From Histomonas meleagridis 2922-C6/04-290x (Eukaryota; Protista; Parabasalia): DNA of 64,000 bases. Where the stretch lies: the NCBI GenBank assembly GCA_020184695.1, contig JAANOX010000190.1, forward strand, positions 186,001-250,000. Reading direction: 5' to 3'. Below are positions 10,260 through 21,454 of the stretch, piece after piece. Each line of letters opens with the position of its first letter. The first letter of the stretch is position 1. The notes beneath the pieces are model-generated. The model had not been told where the DNA came from. It did not search any database and worked only from the letters and a program-made list of their open reading frames with translations. The position numbers and the translations under genes are program-made.

Positions 10260-10632
10260 ATCGCATTGCCTTATGTTTTTTTGTTACGTGTACATTGTCT
10301 TTATATGTTTCATTGTGGGAAAAAAAAATTATTAAAATATCATAAACGGCTGCTTCGGGGCGTCCCAATTTTTGAATATATTGAAATTTCTGTTGAGAAC
10401 GATCATGTGATGAAAAGCTTGAATTGAACACCTTTTAACTCTAAGCCTAATTCCAAAATAAAATACTTATAAATATATTTGAACCAGAAAAAAAATTGCA
10501 TCCAGAATTTGAAAATTTAATATAAAATAAATTGATAGAAAATATTTAAAGATAATTTTAAACATTTATAAACAGCCGCATTGGCTTCATCCAAATGCAC
10601 TCGATGTAATGCAATTCAAGACAAATGTTTTG

Positions 10633-13600
10633 TCATGTGATATCAATTCCAATTTTTTTCAACTTCTTTATTTCTTTTTGTATTTTCACCATCGTCACCA
10701 TTTTGTCTTGTTTTAATTGGTCCGAATCGCGTGTGTATTGCGAAATCATGTTTTGAATGTTATCGAATTCTTTTTGTGATGTGATGTGTTCGGAATCGGT
10801 TTCCACAGAATTTTTCAATGAAATAATTCTCTTTTTGAGAACCGAAATTTTGTTTTTTAATTTTTCTTTTTTGGAAATTATTTCTTTCAAATATCCAATT
10901 CTATCACTTAACACCATTTCTTCAAATGCCAATTTTTTCTTATTTTCAATCATTTCATTTTCTTCTTGAATATTTTTTCGTAATAATAATTTGATTTCTT
11001 GTAAATTTGTATTGTTTCCGTTTCTTCCTTTTTCGATTTTTATTTTTAAAATTTTATGGATTTCTCTTTGTTCATTTATATCATTTTTAAGTTTTTCAAT
11101 TTCGTTTAATTTTTCGGATATTTTTGCGTCCAAATTCAAATTCGTTTCAGCGCTTTCGCGTAATGCGATTTCGAATCTTTTTCGTTGTCTTTCGATTTTC
11201 GTTGAACCATTAATTAAAGTAATTTTCTCAAGTCGTTCGATTGCGTTTTTTAAGTTTTTATTTGTTTCTTGATATATATTTAATGAATCGCGAATTTGAT
11301 TTAATTTAAGTTCAATTAAATTTTTTTCTTTTTTCTTTTTATAATATAAAGAATTGTTTTTACTGTTGTTTTTGATTTTATTTGTTATTTCGTTTACATT
11401 CGCATTCGTAAGTTTTGTTTGTATTGGAATTGTTCTTTTATTAAACGATTTTTGTTTTGTGGTCGAAAGTGATACATAAAATGATTCAACAAAATCAAAC
11501 GAAATGAAATTTTGTTGCTTTTGGTTTTTTCGAGTCATTTTAATGCGATTTCCAAGAAATTGTATCTCGTTGTTGATTTTCTTGAGTTTTTTCTTCGCTT
11601 CTTTAATCATTTGTTCAATTTCAGATTCTTTGAATTGCTTTAGTGAATTGACATTTAAGTCTTTTTGTTGCTTTTTCCCAAGCGTTTCAACATTAATGTA
11701 TAAGTTTTTGGTAAATTCGGTCTTATAAAAACTTGTAATTGGTTCCGTTGATAAATCTTGTTGATCATTATTAGTTTTTTTATCATTTAATGAAGGTAAA
11801 ATAGAACTTGTTGTTGGTTTGATTATATTTGCTATTTTGGGTTTGAAATCAACTGAAGATTTTGCATGTGTAAGTATAGGTCTTATAAAAGTGTCACTGT
11901 CGGTTTTGTCATCTATCGTTAATTTTAACGGTTTCCGTGCGCTAACGGTCGTTTTGCTGAAGAATTCTTCTTTCGAATGTTTGCGGATGATGTTGACGAG
12001 TTTATCAAGTTCAGCATTGTTGTCACCTTGATCGGAAACATCTAATTTGAAAGAGATTGTTTTGGAACTATTTGAGGTTCCAATTGTCACTGAATCAGAA
12101 TTTTTGGAATATAATTTTTTCGATTTGCTTTTACGTTTTTCATTTTCTTTGCGCTTTTTTCTTTCTGAGTTATCTGCGCGTTCGCTGCTTATTGATTTTT
12201 CGCCATAACTTTGGTATTCTTCGTTCTCATTTCTATGGGGTTTTCTATTATTATATAAAATTGCTTCGCTTATTCTTTTTGGTTTTCGGCTATTACTTTT
12301 GAGTTCTTCACTCTCTGATTCTTCTTCTTTGATGCTTTTGGATTTGTTTTTCATTATTTGTTGTTCTTCGCTCTCTGATTCACTTTCTTCTTCGTTTTCA
12401 TTTCTATGGGGTTTTCTATTATTATATATTATTGCTTCACTTCTTCGTTTTGGTTTTCGGCTATTGCTTTGACGCTCTTCAATATCTGATTCTTCTTCTT
12501 TGCTTACGATTTTTACTTTGTTTTTTGTTTTGCGATGTTTTCGCTTTTCTGATTTATCAGTGTATTCATTATGTATTGATTTTTCACCATAACTTTGGTA
12601 TTCTTCGCTCTCTGATTCACTTTCTTCTTCGCTTTCCTTTCTATGGCGTTTTCTACTGTTATATAAAGTTGCTTCGCTTCTTCTTTTTGGTTTTCGGCTA
12701 TTGATTTGACGCTCTTCAATATCTGATTCATATTCTTTGATGCTTTTGGATTTGTTTTTCGTTTTTTGTTGTTCGTCGTTCTCTGAATCGCTTTCTTCTT
12801 CGTTTTCTCTTCTTTTATGCTTTTTGCCTTTGGATGATACTACTTCACTTCTTCTTTTTTGTTTTTGTTGTTCTTCGCTCTCTGATTCATCTTCTTCTTT
12901 GCTTACGTTTTTTGCTTTATTTTTCGTTTTGTGATGTTTTCTCCTTTCTGATTTATCATCACTTTGGTATTCTTCGCTCTCCCATTCATCTTCTTCTTTG
13001 CTTACGATTTTTGCTTCATTTTTCGTTTTGTGATGTTTTCTCCTTTCTGATTTATTAGTGTGTTCATTATGCATTGATTTTTCATCATCGCTTTGGTATT
13101 CTTCGCTCTCTGATTCATTCTCTTCTAAACTTATGTTTTTGAATTTGCTTTGCTTTCTTTGGCGCTTTTTGCTACAAGACGATATTACTTCGCTTCTTCT
13201 CTTTGCTTTTTCATCACCAATTTGCTGTTCTTCGCTCTCTGGTTCACTTTCTTCTAAATTTATGCCTTTGGATTTATTTTGCTTTCTTTGGGGTTTTGTA
13301 CAATTAGAAAGTATTAACTCGCTTCTTTCTGATTCATTTTCGTCAATGCTTCTGCTTCTTACATGACTTTTATTATTTAATACCTCTTCACTTCCTTCTA
13401 ATTTTTCTTCATTTTCTGATTCATTCGAATAATCGCTTTTGCATTTTGGTTTGCTTTTCTTTTTAGATAGTGTTTTTTCGTTTTTTTCTGCTTTTTGTCT
13501 GTTATTTCGGTATTTTCCGCCTTTTGATTTCGTGCTATATCCGCTTCTTCTGCTTGGCTCTTCACTACTTTTTTGATATTCTTCACTTTCTGATGCATTG

Positions 13601-15015
13601 GAATTATTGCGATGACTTTGATACTCATCATTTTTATATTTTGTTTCATTTTTCTGATTAAATTGTTCACTTTCGGATTTATTTGTTTCTTTGTTATTAC
13701 GCGTCGCTTTATTTGGTGAATTTTCTCTTATTTCATATTTCATGCTTCTGTTCTCGTTATTATTTGTCTGATATTCATTTTCTGATTCATCTTTTCCATT
13801 TTCTCCATTATTCACTTGATGAAGTTTTTCATTATTTTTATTTTTTGAAGAAATATTATTATAATTATATTGTCGACTTTCTTTCTCTTTGTAAGTTATG
13901 TTTTCATTATTTTTTCGTTTTTCATTTTGCTCCAATTTAGAATTTGTTTCTTTTGTTATAGATTTTTGGTTTTCTGTTTCATTATTATTATTATTGGATA
14001 AATCTAAAAAATCCTTTTTGCCTTTAGAAAAGGTATTTTTCCTTGTTTGCAAAATGTTTAAATCTTTTTCCTTTTCTTGTTTATTTTGATTGTCACTTTC
14101 CTTCACTTTTTGAATGCTTTCTGATCGGTCTGTTAAACTTCTTGTTTTCTCTGTAGGAAAATCAGATAATTTACCAGTTGAATCTGCAAAAATTCCATTG
14201 GGAGTTGAGCTTAAGTTTGAAGAATTTAATGAATATTTTTCTGAGAATTCAATAGAATTTCTTTCACAAAATGAACTTAAAGAAATGGCTGACAATACGC
14301 TCGACCCAAAAGTTAAAGTTGATGGGAATGCTGATAGAGCATAATCTTGAAAAATTTCTTCAAGATTTGAAAAGATTGGAAGTGCTGATTGAAGTTGACC
14401 GTTTAATTCATTGAAAAATTGATCGTCATCAACAGAATTATTGAATTGAGATTTAATCAGAACAATTTTCGCCATTTTGCTTTGTAATGAAGCAATTTGT
14501 TCTTGAATATGTGGCGGAATTTTGTATTTAGAAAAATCCATCTCTTGAAGATATTTGATGGCTTCTTTCTTTAACTCTTTATTCATATTAACAAGTTCAT
14601 TTTTAAGAGAGTTTAACATAGTAATTTGACTTATTATCTCTTCTTCCGAATTTAATTTTTCTTTATAAGTCGACGAATAAGACTTTATATCTTCAAGATT
14701 AATTTGGAGCTTTTCAATTTCAGATTGGATTCTTTTGAGAGCTACTCCACGTGTTTTCTTTAATAAGCTTCCTGAATATTTTTGGAGTCTTTTAGTAGCT
14801 GCTTGTTTTTCTTTTATTGCATCCATTTTTAATTTCTCAAAATTTATTAAATCCTTTTGAATTGAATCTAAGTAATCACGCTTTTCAATGATTTCTCTTT
14901 GCAAACTTTCATTTGATTGAATAATACTTTCAATAGAATTCATTAATTGTTCGATTGAATACAACAATTCCTTATTTTGACATTGAGCTTTATGTAGCTT
15001 TTTAAGAGTGAACAT
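10633..15015 (-). CDS. Large hypothetical coiled-coil protein (1460 aa) with a central acidic/basic repeat region
   Basis: Long uninterrupted ORF with coiled-coil termini and central repeats such as EESESESEEYQS and KPKRRSEA. Confidence 0.7.
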   Translation of the reverse strand: MFTLKKLHKAQCQNKELLYSIEQLMNSIESIIQSNESLQREIIEKRDYLDSIQKDLINFEKLKMDAIKEKQAATKRLQKYSGSLLKKTRGVALKRIQSEIEKLQINLEDIKSYSSTYKEKLNSEEEIISQITMLNSLKNELVNMNKELKKEAIKYLQEMDFSKYKIPPHIQEQIASLQSKMAKIVLIKSQFNNSVDDDQFFNELNGQLQSALPIFSNLEEIFQDYALSAFPSTLTFGSSVLSAISLSSFCERNSIEFSEKYSLNSSNLSSTPNGIFADSTGKLSDFPTEKTRSLTDRSESIQKVKESDNQNKQEKEKDLNILQTRKNTFSKGKKDFLDLSNNNNNETENQKSITKETNSKLEQNEKRKNNENITYKEKESRQYNYNNISSKNKNNEKLHQVNNGENGKDESENEYQTNNNENRSMKYEIRENSPNKATRNNKETNKSESEQFNQKNETKYKNDEYQSHRNNSNASESEEYQKSSEEPSRRSGYSTKSKGGKYRNNRQKAEKNEKTLSKKKSKPKCKSDYSNESENEEKLEGSEEVLNNKSHVRSRSIDENESERSELILSNCTKPQRKQNKSKGINLEESEPESEEQQIGDEKAKRRSEVISSCSKKRQRKQSKFKNISLEENESESEEYQSDDEKSMHNEHTNKSERRKHHKTKNEAKIVSKEEDEWESEEYQSDDKSERRKHHKTKNKAKNVSKEEDESESEEQQKQKRRSEVVSSKGKKHKRRENEEESDSENDEQQKTKNKSKSIKEYESDIEERQINSRKPKRRSEATLYNSRKRHRKESEEESESESEEYQSYGEKSIHNEYTDKSEKRKHRKTKNKVKIVSKEEESDIEERQSNSRKPKRRSEAIIYNNRKPHRNENEEESESESEEQQIMKNKSKSIKEEESESEELKSNSRKPKRISEAILYNNRKPHRNENEEYQSYGEKSISSERADNSERKKRKENEKRKSKSKKLYSKNSDSVTIGTSNSSKTISFKLDVSDQGDNNAELDKLVNIIRKHSKEEFFSKTTVSARKPLKLTIDDKTDSDTFIRPILTHAKSSVDFKPKIANIIKPTTSSILPSLNDKKTNNDQQDLSTEPITSFYKTEFTKNLYINVETLGKKQQKDLNVNSLKQFKESEIEQMIKEAKKKLKKINNEIQFLGNRIKMTRKNQKQQNFISFDFVESFYVSLSTTKQKSFNKRTIPIQTKLTNANVNEITNKIKNNSKNNSLYYKKKKEKNLIELKLNQIRDSLNIYQETNKNLKNAIERLEKITLINGSTKIERQRKRFEIALRESAETNLNLDAKISEKLNEIEKLKNDINEQREIHKILKIKIEKGRNGNNTNLQEIKLLLRKNIQEENEMIENKKKLAFEEMVLSDRIGYLKEIISKKEKLKNKISVLKKRIISLKNSVETDSEHITSQKEFDNIQNMISQYTRDSDQLKQDKMVTMVKIQKEIKKLKKIGIDIT

Positions 15016-15342
15016 GATGAAGGCTTTTTAATGAAATTCACGTTTTCTTATTTTCGGTGTGATTGAAAACGTATTTTTCTAATTAGCAGCTTAACGGTCA
15101 AAAATCTTTTTCAGATCACATGACATATGCTTTATCGTAGTGAAAATGCCATTTATATTCTCTGAAATATTCGTGTCATTCATTCAATTTCGAAGATAAA
15201 AGTGTCGCTTATTTCAATCAAAAGTGGTCACTTCTGTTTGTGAGGTCTTTTTTGAGGGGTATGTTTGCCCCGTAACGGTTGTTTTTTTGAAATTCAGACC
15301 ATAACCGTTGTGCTCGGCCTTATTTGGTGAATCATATTTTAG

Positions 15343-16794
15343 ATGTCTAAATCTGGGAAAAAACAAGCTTCTCAAAGTGCCGATTTGACATTCAGTGCAA
15401 GCAAGTCAAACTTCTCTGAATGGTATGAAGAGCTCATGGCAACAGCTGGTATTGTTGACACAAAACATTGGGATGTTAAAGGAATGCCAATCTTCCTTCC
15501 TTATGGCTACTCAATGCATAAAGCTATCATGAGCCTTTTCGAAGAAGAGTACAAAAAAATTGGTATAAAACAATGTCAATTTCCAGCATTTATTCCAAAA
15601 TCATTCTTAACTCGTGAAGCAGAACATGTTAAAGGTTTTGAAAAAGAATGCTTCTGGCATGAAGATAAAATGTGTCTTCGTCCAACTTCTGAAACAGCAA
15701 TGTATTCAATGTTTCATTTATGGGTTAAGACAGAAGAAGACCTTCCACTTATGGTCCAACAATCATGCAATGTTTACCGTTATGAAACTAAGAACACCCG
15801 TCCCTTAATTCGTGTTAGAGAGATTCCATGGAATGAAGCTCACACAGCACATGCAACTCCAGAGGAAGCCTACGAGATCCTTGACAAGTTTTGGGATATT
15901 GTTCATCATGTTTTAACCGAATGCTTATCAATTGATGGTCTCAGATTGAGAAGACCAGATTGGGATCGTTTTCCAGGTGCTGAGTACACAGATGTGTTAG
16001 ATGTTGTCATGCCATGTGGCCGTGTTCTCCAAACAATTGGTTGCCATTATCTCGGACAACATTTTTCAAAAGTATTTGACATCAAAGCTAATGGCGTCAA
16101 CAGCTATATGACATGCATTGGTGTTTCCACACGTGCATTAGCCGCTGTTCTTTCAATGCATGGAGATGACAAAGGTCTTGTTTTGCCAACAATTATTGCA
16201 CCATATCAAGTCATCATTGTTCCAATTCTTAACAAGAAGACCGAAGCAGCCATGATTGAGAAAGTCAACGAAATGAAAGAAGCTCTTGTTGCTGCAGGAA
16301 TTCGTACACGTGTCGATCTTAATCAACAAAAGCGTCCTGGTGAGAAATACTTCTACTACGAGATGAAAGGAGTTCCATTACGTATCGAATTCGGTATGCG
16401 CGACCTTCAAGCCGGCAACTTTGTTCTTGCAATTCGCGGAATTGATGGCAAACAAACCGTCAAAATTTCAGAACTTGTCCAAAAGTGCCAGGAGTCTTTG
16501 GTTCAATATGACAATGCACTTCGTGAACGTGCACAAGCTCATCTTAAGTCACGAATTGTAGACTGCAGCTCAATCGAAGAGATTGCTGATGTCCTTCAAC
16601 AAGGAGGATTCGCAAGAATTCCATATTTCACAATGGATAAGAGCGGAGCGGATGGAGCTGACGAAATACATGAGAAGTGCGGCGGAGAAATTCGTGGATA
16701 CAGACCTTTGGAACAACAACCGGGCGAAGGAGTGAAGTGCATCATCACTGGAAAGCCTGCTAAATACTGGGCATACGTTGCTCGTGCATACTAG
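15343..16794 (+). CDS. proS: Prolyl-tRNA synthetase (archaeal/eukaryotic type)
   Basis: FSEWY, LRPTSET, YRYETKNTRPLIRVREIPWNEAHTAH, HYLGQHFSKVF, GVPLRIEFGMRD and C-terminal KPAKYWAYVARAY. Confidence 0.95.
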   Translation: MSKSGKKQASQSADLTFSASKSNFSEWYEELMATAGIVDTKHWDVKGMPIFLPYGYSMHKAIMSLFEEEYKKIGIKQCQFPAFIPKSFLTREAEHVKGFEKECFWHEDKMCLRPTSETAMYSMFHLWVKTEEDLPLMVQQSCNVYRYETKNTRPLIRVREIPWNEAHTAHATPEEAYEILDKFWDIVHHVLTECLSIDGLRLRRPDWDRFPGAEYTDVLDVVMPCGRVLQTIGCHYLGQHFSKVFDIKANGVNSYMTCIGVSTRALAAVLSMHGDDKGLVLPTIIAPYQVIIVPILNKKTEAAMIEKVNEMKEALVAAGIRTRVDLNQQKRPGEKYFYYEMKGVPLRIEFGMRDLQAGNFVLAIRGIDGKQTVKISELVQKCQESLVQYDNALRERAQAHLKSRIVDCSSIEEIADVLQQGGFARIPYFTMDKSGADGADEIHEKCGGEIRGYRPLEQQPGEGVKCIITGKPAKYWAYVARAY

Positions 16795-17225
16795 AAACAA
16801 ATAAAGAACTAAATTTTATCATTAAAAATGATAAATGATAAAGAAAATTAATGTTTTTGTTGCTTATAAATGTTTAAGAGGAAACTTTTGGATGTCTTTC
16901 TCTTTATTATTTTATTCCACATACTTTGCATACGAATGTTTGATAGAACTATTTTCTGCAATATCAATTTTTTCGAAAAATTTTGTTATTTGATTGGTAC
17001 TTGTGTGGGTGTCCTGTTTAAACAGTGTGGAATCAATCACTAAATACTTTATTTTTTCCAAATAATATGTGAATTTTAGCTCAGCATTTTGATACGAAAA
17101 ATGTTTTAAACAAGTTTCATGATAAAGAATATCAACAGCATTTGTATTGATAATGAAAACATTTTGTCTTCTTCAAAATGCGGTTATTGCGGTTTTGTTG
17201 AACAAACCTTGTCAAATTCATAACA

Positions 17226-18941
17226 ATGGATTTCTCTTACTTCGAAAAACTTAATCAAAGAAGATTCATTAAAATGACAAAAATAGGACATAAGCAGCGT
17301 CGCCTTGTAATTTATCCAGGTTTTAAAAACTTTATTTCAAGAATTGTCGATGGTCAATCACTTCAAAGAAGCTTTGAGCAAATCCATTTCTTTGACAATG
17401 ATTTTACCTTTAATTCTGATGAATGCTATGCTTTTATTATCCCACCTGAAATCCCAGTAATTCGTCATATCATGTGGTGCAAGGAAAACACAGAGTCTAA
17501 TCCAATGGTTGAACTTTGGTTCCAACCAAGAATCAATGAAATAGTCACTGCCTTTTTAGTTGATTCCAATTTTGCACCTGAAGCAATTCTATCAAAATTT
17601 CCAACAGAAGAAAACTCTGCGTTAAAAAATGGCCAAACACCTGTTGAAAACCTCTTTATTTATAACCTAGAATTAGATGTTGTTCCACTTGACAATGACG
17701 TTTTGACAATAAATTCACCATTTTCATTTATGAGGGCATGGACAATGAATGATCTTACAGTCGTCTCCGAGTTTAGGAAAGCCCTTGATGTTATTAGTAA
17801 CTACATTGGCTTTGCTAGTATCAGTGCAATTGGAAATTTATCTACATCAATTGCTAAAACAGTTCCTACGCCCACCAGCACCAACACAACACATTTGATA
17901 TTGATAGACAGGTCAACAGATCTCATTACTCCATTAATCACACAAATGAATTATGAAGGATTAATTGCAGAATTTCTTGGAATAGACTGTGGTGTCACCT
18001 CTGTCGAAAACGAGTCTGGCAAAAAGCAACTTCAAATCCTTTCATCTCAAATTGATAAATTATTTGGATACATCAGATCAATGAATCATACCGAAGTTTC
18101 AGCTGAAATTGAGAGCCGTACTTCGCAAGTCTCAGAGAAGTTTAGTAAGAAGGCATCTAATGCCGATGAAACTGTCAGTCTATTTCGTGAGACTGCTCAA
18201 GCAGCGCTTGAGAACCAAACATTAGTTGACCATATTAACATCACCACTAAAGTTTTAAACATGATGAAACAATCCCGTTTCTTCCGTCGTATGATGAATT
18301 CCGAAGCTGACGCATTAAGTGGCACTTTTGATCTAAACGGTCTCTATAAAGAGATGCTTGAATACGGAGAAGATTTCCGTCGTGTTATCCGTATGTTATG
18401 TCTTGAATCCTTATTACGTGGCGGAGTCCAAGATTATCCTAAGTTAATTAATTTCATTGTGTTTAATTATGGATTTCAAATGGTACCATATCTTCTTCGT
18501 TTACAAGAAGCTGGACTTTTTGGACAAAGCGGACCTAAGTGGAGCCCATTTGTCAAGAATTTCCAGCTCTTTGTAAGTAATTACGAAGAATTAAATGATC
18601 AAGCTGCATATTGTTATCTCGGTTATGCACCTCTTTCGGTTCGTTACGTCCAACGAATCATCGGAGGAGAGTTTGCGGCTGTGAATAAGGCCGTAACTGA
18701 GATTTTGCAACAAGAATGTTTGCAAATTGGAAAAGTGTCAAACAATTTGGAAGGCGATTTTTTGATTTGCTTCGTCGGAGGATGCACTCACTCGGAGTTA
18801 AATTGCTTCAGAAGGCTCCAGGAGAGAGATGTTGGATATCAAAACAAACATTTCCAGGTAATGACTACTGACATGATGAGTTCGAATGACTTCTTCGATC
18901 ATATAGCGTACCAAATACCTGGATGGTCACCAACTGTGTGA
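17226..18941 (+). CDS. VPS33: Sec1/Munc18 family protein, Vps33-like
   Basis: VPLDNDVLTIN, LILIDRSTDLITPLITQMNYEGLIAEFLGI, CYLGYAPLSVRYV, FVGGCTHSELNCFR. Confidence 0.85.
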   Translation: MDFSYFEKLNQRRFIKMTKIGHKQRRLVIYPGFKNFISRIVDGQSLQRSFEQIHFFDNDFTFNSDECYAFIIPPEIPVIRHIMWCKENTESNPMVELWFQPRINEIVTAFLVDSNFAPEAILSKFPTEENSALKNGQTPVENLFIYNLELDVVPLDNDVLTINSPFSFMRAWTMNDLTVVSEFRKALDVISNYIGFASISAIGNLSTSIAKTVPTPTSTNTTHLILIDRSTDLITPLITQMNYEGLIAEFLGIDCGVTSVENESGKKQLQILSSQIDKLFGYIRSMNHTEVSAEIESRTSQVSEKFSKKASNADETVSLFRETAQAALENQTLVDHINITTKVLNMMKQSRFFRRMMNSEADALSGTFDLNGLYKEMLEYGEDFRRVIRMLCLESLLRGGVQDYPKLINFIVFNYGFQMVPYLLRLQEAGLFGQSGPKWSPFVKNFQLFVSNYEELNDQAAYCYLGYAPLSVRYVQRIIGGEFAAVNKAVTEILQQECLQIGKVSNNLEGDFLICFVGGCTHSELNCFRRLQERDVGYQNKHFQVMTTDMMSSNDFFDHIAYQIPGWSPTV

Positions 18942-19196
18942 GATTATGAGTAAATTAGTTGGCTATTATAATTTTATATTTTAACATAAATATACAATGA
19001 ATTTAATCGTATTAACAAAATGGAATTGGATACGTAATTTGAACAAAACAAAAATATGAATAATTTACTAAATAAATAAAAATTATTTTCGTAATGTGAA
19101 GTGTTTTTGAATTGAAAGAGAAATAATCGTTTACAATTCAATTATTCTATCGTTTATATTCTTGAAATAAAAAAAGTAAAAAATTACATATATAGA

Positions 19197-20387
19197 TTAG
19201 TTTATATTTTGAAGTTTCTTTTTCCTGAAAAGATTATCTTTTATACTTTTTGGTAGTGTATGCATTTCTTTCGCCTTGAATCCAATGACTGCTTTTAATT
19301 CTTCAAATTCTTTGTCATCTGTCTTAAGAATAGGAATCTTCCATTTCTTGTCATAATCTTGTATCAATCTTCTTCCTTTTATAGTAATGACGCTTTTGAT
19401 TGACGTCGTATCTACTTCGTCATTAGTTTCTTCTTCATTAAAACTTTCGTTCAGATTCGAATCGTTTGACACTTTTTGACCGTTTGTTTGATGAGTGACT
19501 CTGTAAACAAAAGACAATGTTCTTGAGCCAAGCATCCAATTAATACAGAGTACCTCAATGGTGTCTTTGCTTGTTGGATCAAAACGTGATTGAATTACAT
19601 CTTGACAAGAATTATTGATGTCAATAATTCGTAATTTGGTGAAAGACATGTCATTAATATCCCTTGGGTGATATAGAATAGCAAATAGATCTTTTGAATA
19701 AGCAGAAATTTGGAAAATATCATCAATTGTTTGGAAATCGGGTGTTGAGACTTGTGTCTGAAAATTTTTATGGAGATCATATATATAAAATGTACCATCA
19801 GCAGAAGCAATAAGAACTGAGCTATCTTCAGTTTCTCCTTTCATGTATGGAATAAATGAGATCTTATGTTTACCTTTAGCCGATTTACATAAAACATCAC
19901 TGTAAGAAAATACTATTTCTTTTGCAATAGTGTCATAGATATGAATTATCCTATTAATATCTATGAAGGCTAAATATTTGGAATGTTGAAATTCTGATGA
20001 AAATGCAACAGAGGTAATAGGTACATCGCTAGAGTAAATTATTTCAGGTTCCCAAGAACATAGTTTAAAACGCCATAAAATTACTTTTCCATCGTAACCA
20101 GATGATGCAAGAATAACTTGATCTCTTTCGATACCAAATGACAATCCAAGTACATCATTTGAATGCGCATGAATAGTAAAATTAGTGGTATTTGAAGGAA
20201 GAGAAGAAGATTCATTTCCTTGAAGATCATTTGGTGAAAAGCCCAAAGAAATAGGAAACACATTAATGGATCCGACAGAATTGCCTATGGCTAGATTTAT
20301 TGAAAAACGATCAACGGCAACACATGTAACACTTGGCTCCATTTGGTCTGGTGAACGTTTAAACCCAAGAAACTTGAAAAAATACAA
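19197..20387 (-). CDS. WD40 protein, Sec13/Seh1-like
   Basis: TIHAHSNDVLGLSF...LASSGYDGKVILWR resembles Sec13 blades; the rest is divergent. Confidence 0.55.
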   Translation of the reverse strand: MYFFKFLGFKRSPDQMEPSVTCVAVDRFSINLAIGNSVGSINVFPISLGFSPNDLQGNESSSLPSNTTNFTIHAHSNDVLGLSFGIERDQVILASSGYDGKVILWRFKLCSWEPEIIYSSDVPITSVAFSSEFQHSKYLAFIDINRIIHIYDTIAKEIVFSYSDVLCKSAKGKHKISFIPYMKGETEDSSVLIASADGTFYIYDLHKNFQTQVSTPDFQTIDDIFQISAYSKDLFAILYHPRDINDMSFTKLRIIDINNSCQDVIQSRFDPTSKDTIEVLCINWMLGSRTLSFVYRVTHQTNGQKVSNDSNLNESFNEEETNDEVDTTSIKSVITIKGRRLIQDYDKKWKIPILKTDDKEFEELKAVIGFKAKEMHTLPKSIKDNLFRKKKLQNIN

Positions 20388-20689
20388 ATATAATAATAAT
20401 TAATTATAATCACTATTAGAATCAAAAATATTAAAAAACAAAACACTTCGAGCAAAGGGCCATCTATCTATGTATAAATTTTTACATTTAAATATTAATT
20501 AATTAAATTTAAACTAATACTTTTGATCCTTTACAAAAAAAAATTACATAATATTAATAATTATTCTATGTCAATCAAAAATAAAAATATTTATCATGAA
20601 TAGAATGTTTTCTTGTGTTAAATTTAAACACAGTTAATTTATGATTTAATTTTTGTTCATCATATTTGATACCATCTATATCCTAAAGA

Positions 20690-21300
20690 AAATTTACAAT
20701 TCCCTTTTTCTTCCTTTAGCTACAATTAAAATTGCTATATCAAATTATTTTAAAATATTCCAAATATTGATATAAAATATCAAAATATAACAGCAAAAAT
20801 TATTTTATTTAATTAGATATTTTTGGCATTAACATCAATTCCTTCTTGTTCAAGAAGTAATTTAACTATTTCTGTATGACCATTTGAAGATAGAAATATA
20901 AGTGCTGTTCTGAATAATTTAAATAATTTCCAAATATTATTTTGATATCCTAAATTATTAAAATGAATAATACAAATAAATATCTTCAGAATAGCATCAA
21001 TTCCTTCTTGTTCAAGTAATTTGACAAATGGTGGAATATTATCTTTATTAAGAAAAGCTTTGACAAAGTATAAATTATAATGGGACGATGTTTCACAAAT
21101 AATATCATCGTAAATTTCAGTTTTATCTTCTAAAAATGAAAAAAATTGATATTTCTGTTTGAATGCATTTATTTCCTAAGGTATTTATAGTATTTCATAT
21201 GAAATTTCCTTATCAAATATATTCATTATTGATTCAACTGAAGATTCAATATCCATGTCATCTATACTAAAAATAATATGAACCATATTACTTGGTTTGT
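20690..21300 (-). pseudogene. Truncated DUF3447/ankyrin family member with spacer-interrupted repeats (locus 2, minus strand)
   Basis: The reverse complement gives SIDDMDIESSVESIMNIFDKEISY (family N-terminus), then ..LLEQEGIDAILKD, a 73-nt spacer, TALIFLSSNGHTEIVKLLLEQEGIDVNAKN, an 80-nt spacer and a degenerate unit. Confidence 0.75.
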
Positions 21301-21454
21301 TAAGGCATTCGAATTTAACAATTTACAAAAAATGAAGCGGCTTGAGTGTTTAAAGTATTGAAATTTAAACATCGAATTATGACGAATATTGAAATCACAT
21401 TATTTAAAAATAAATAATAAACGGTATGATAAATTTAACGGTCTTTAAAAATAT

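Noticed and set aside
10400-10460. Possible C/D snoRNA (GTGATGA)
   Set aside because: No downstream CTGA D-box or terminal stem found.
10757-14344. Many short plus-strand Phe/Ser/Leu-rich ORFs
   Set aside because: Antisense shadows of the Lys/Glu-rich 1460-aa gene.
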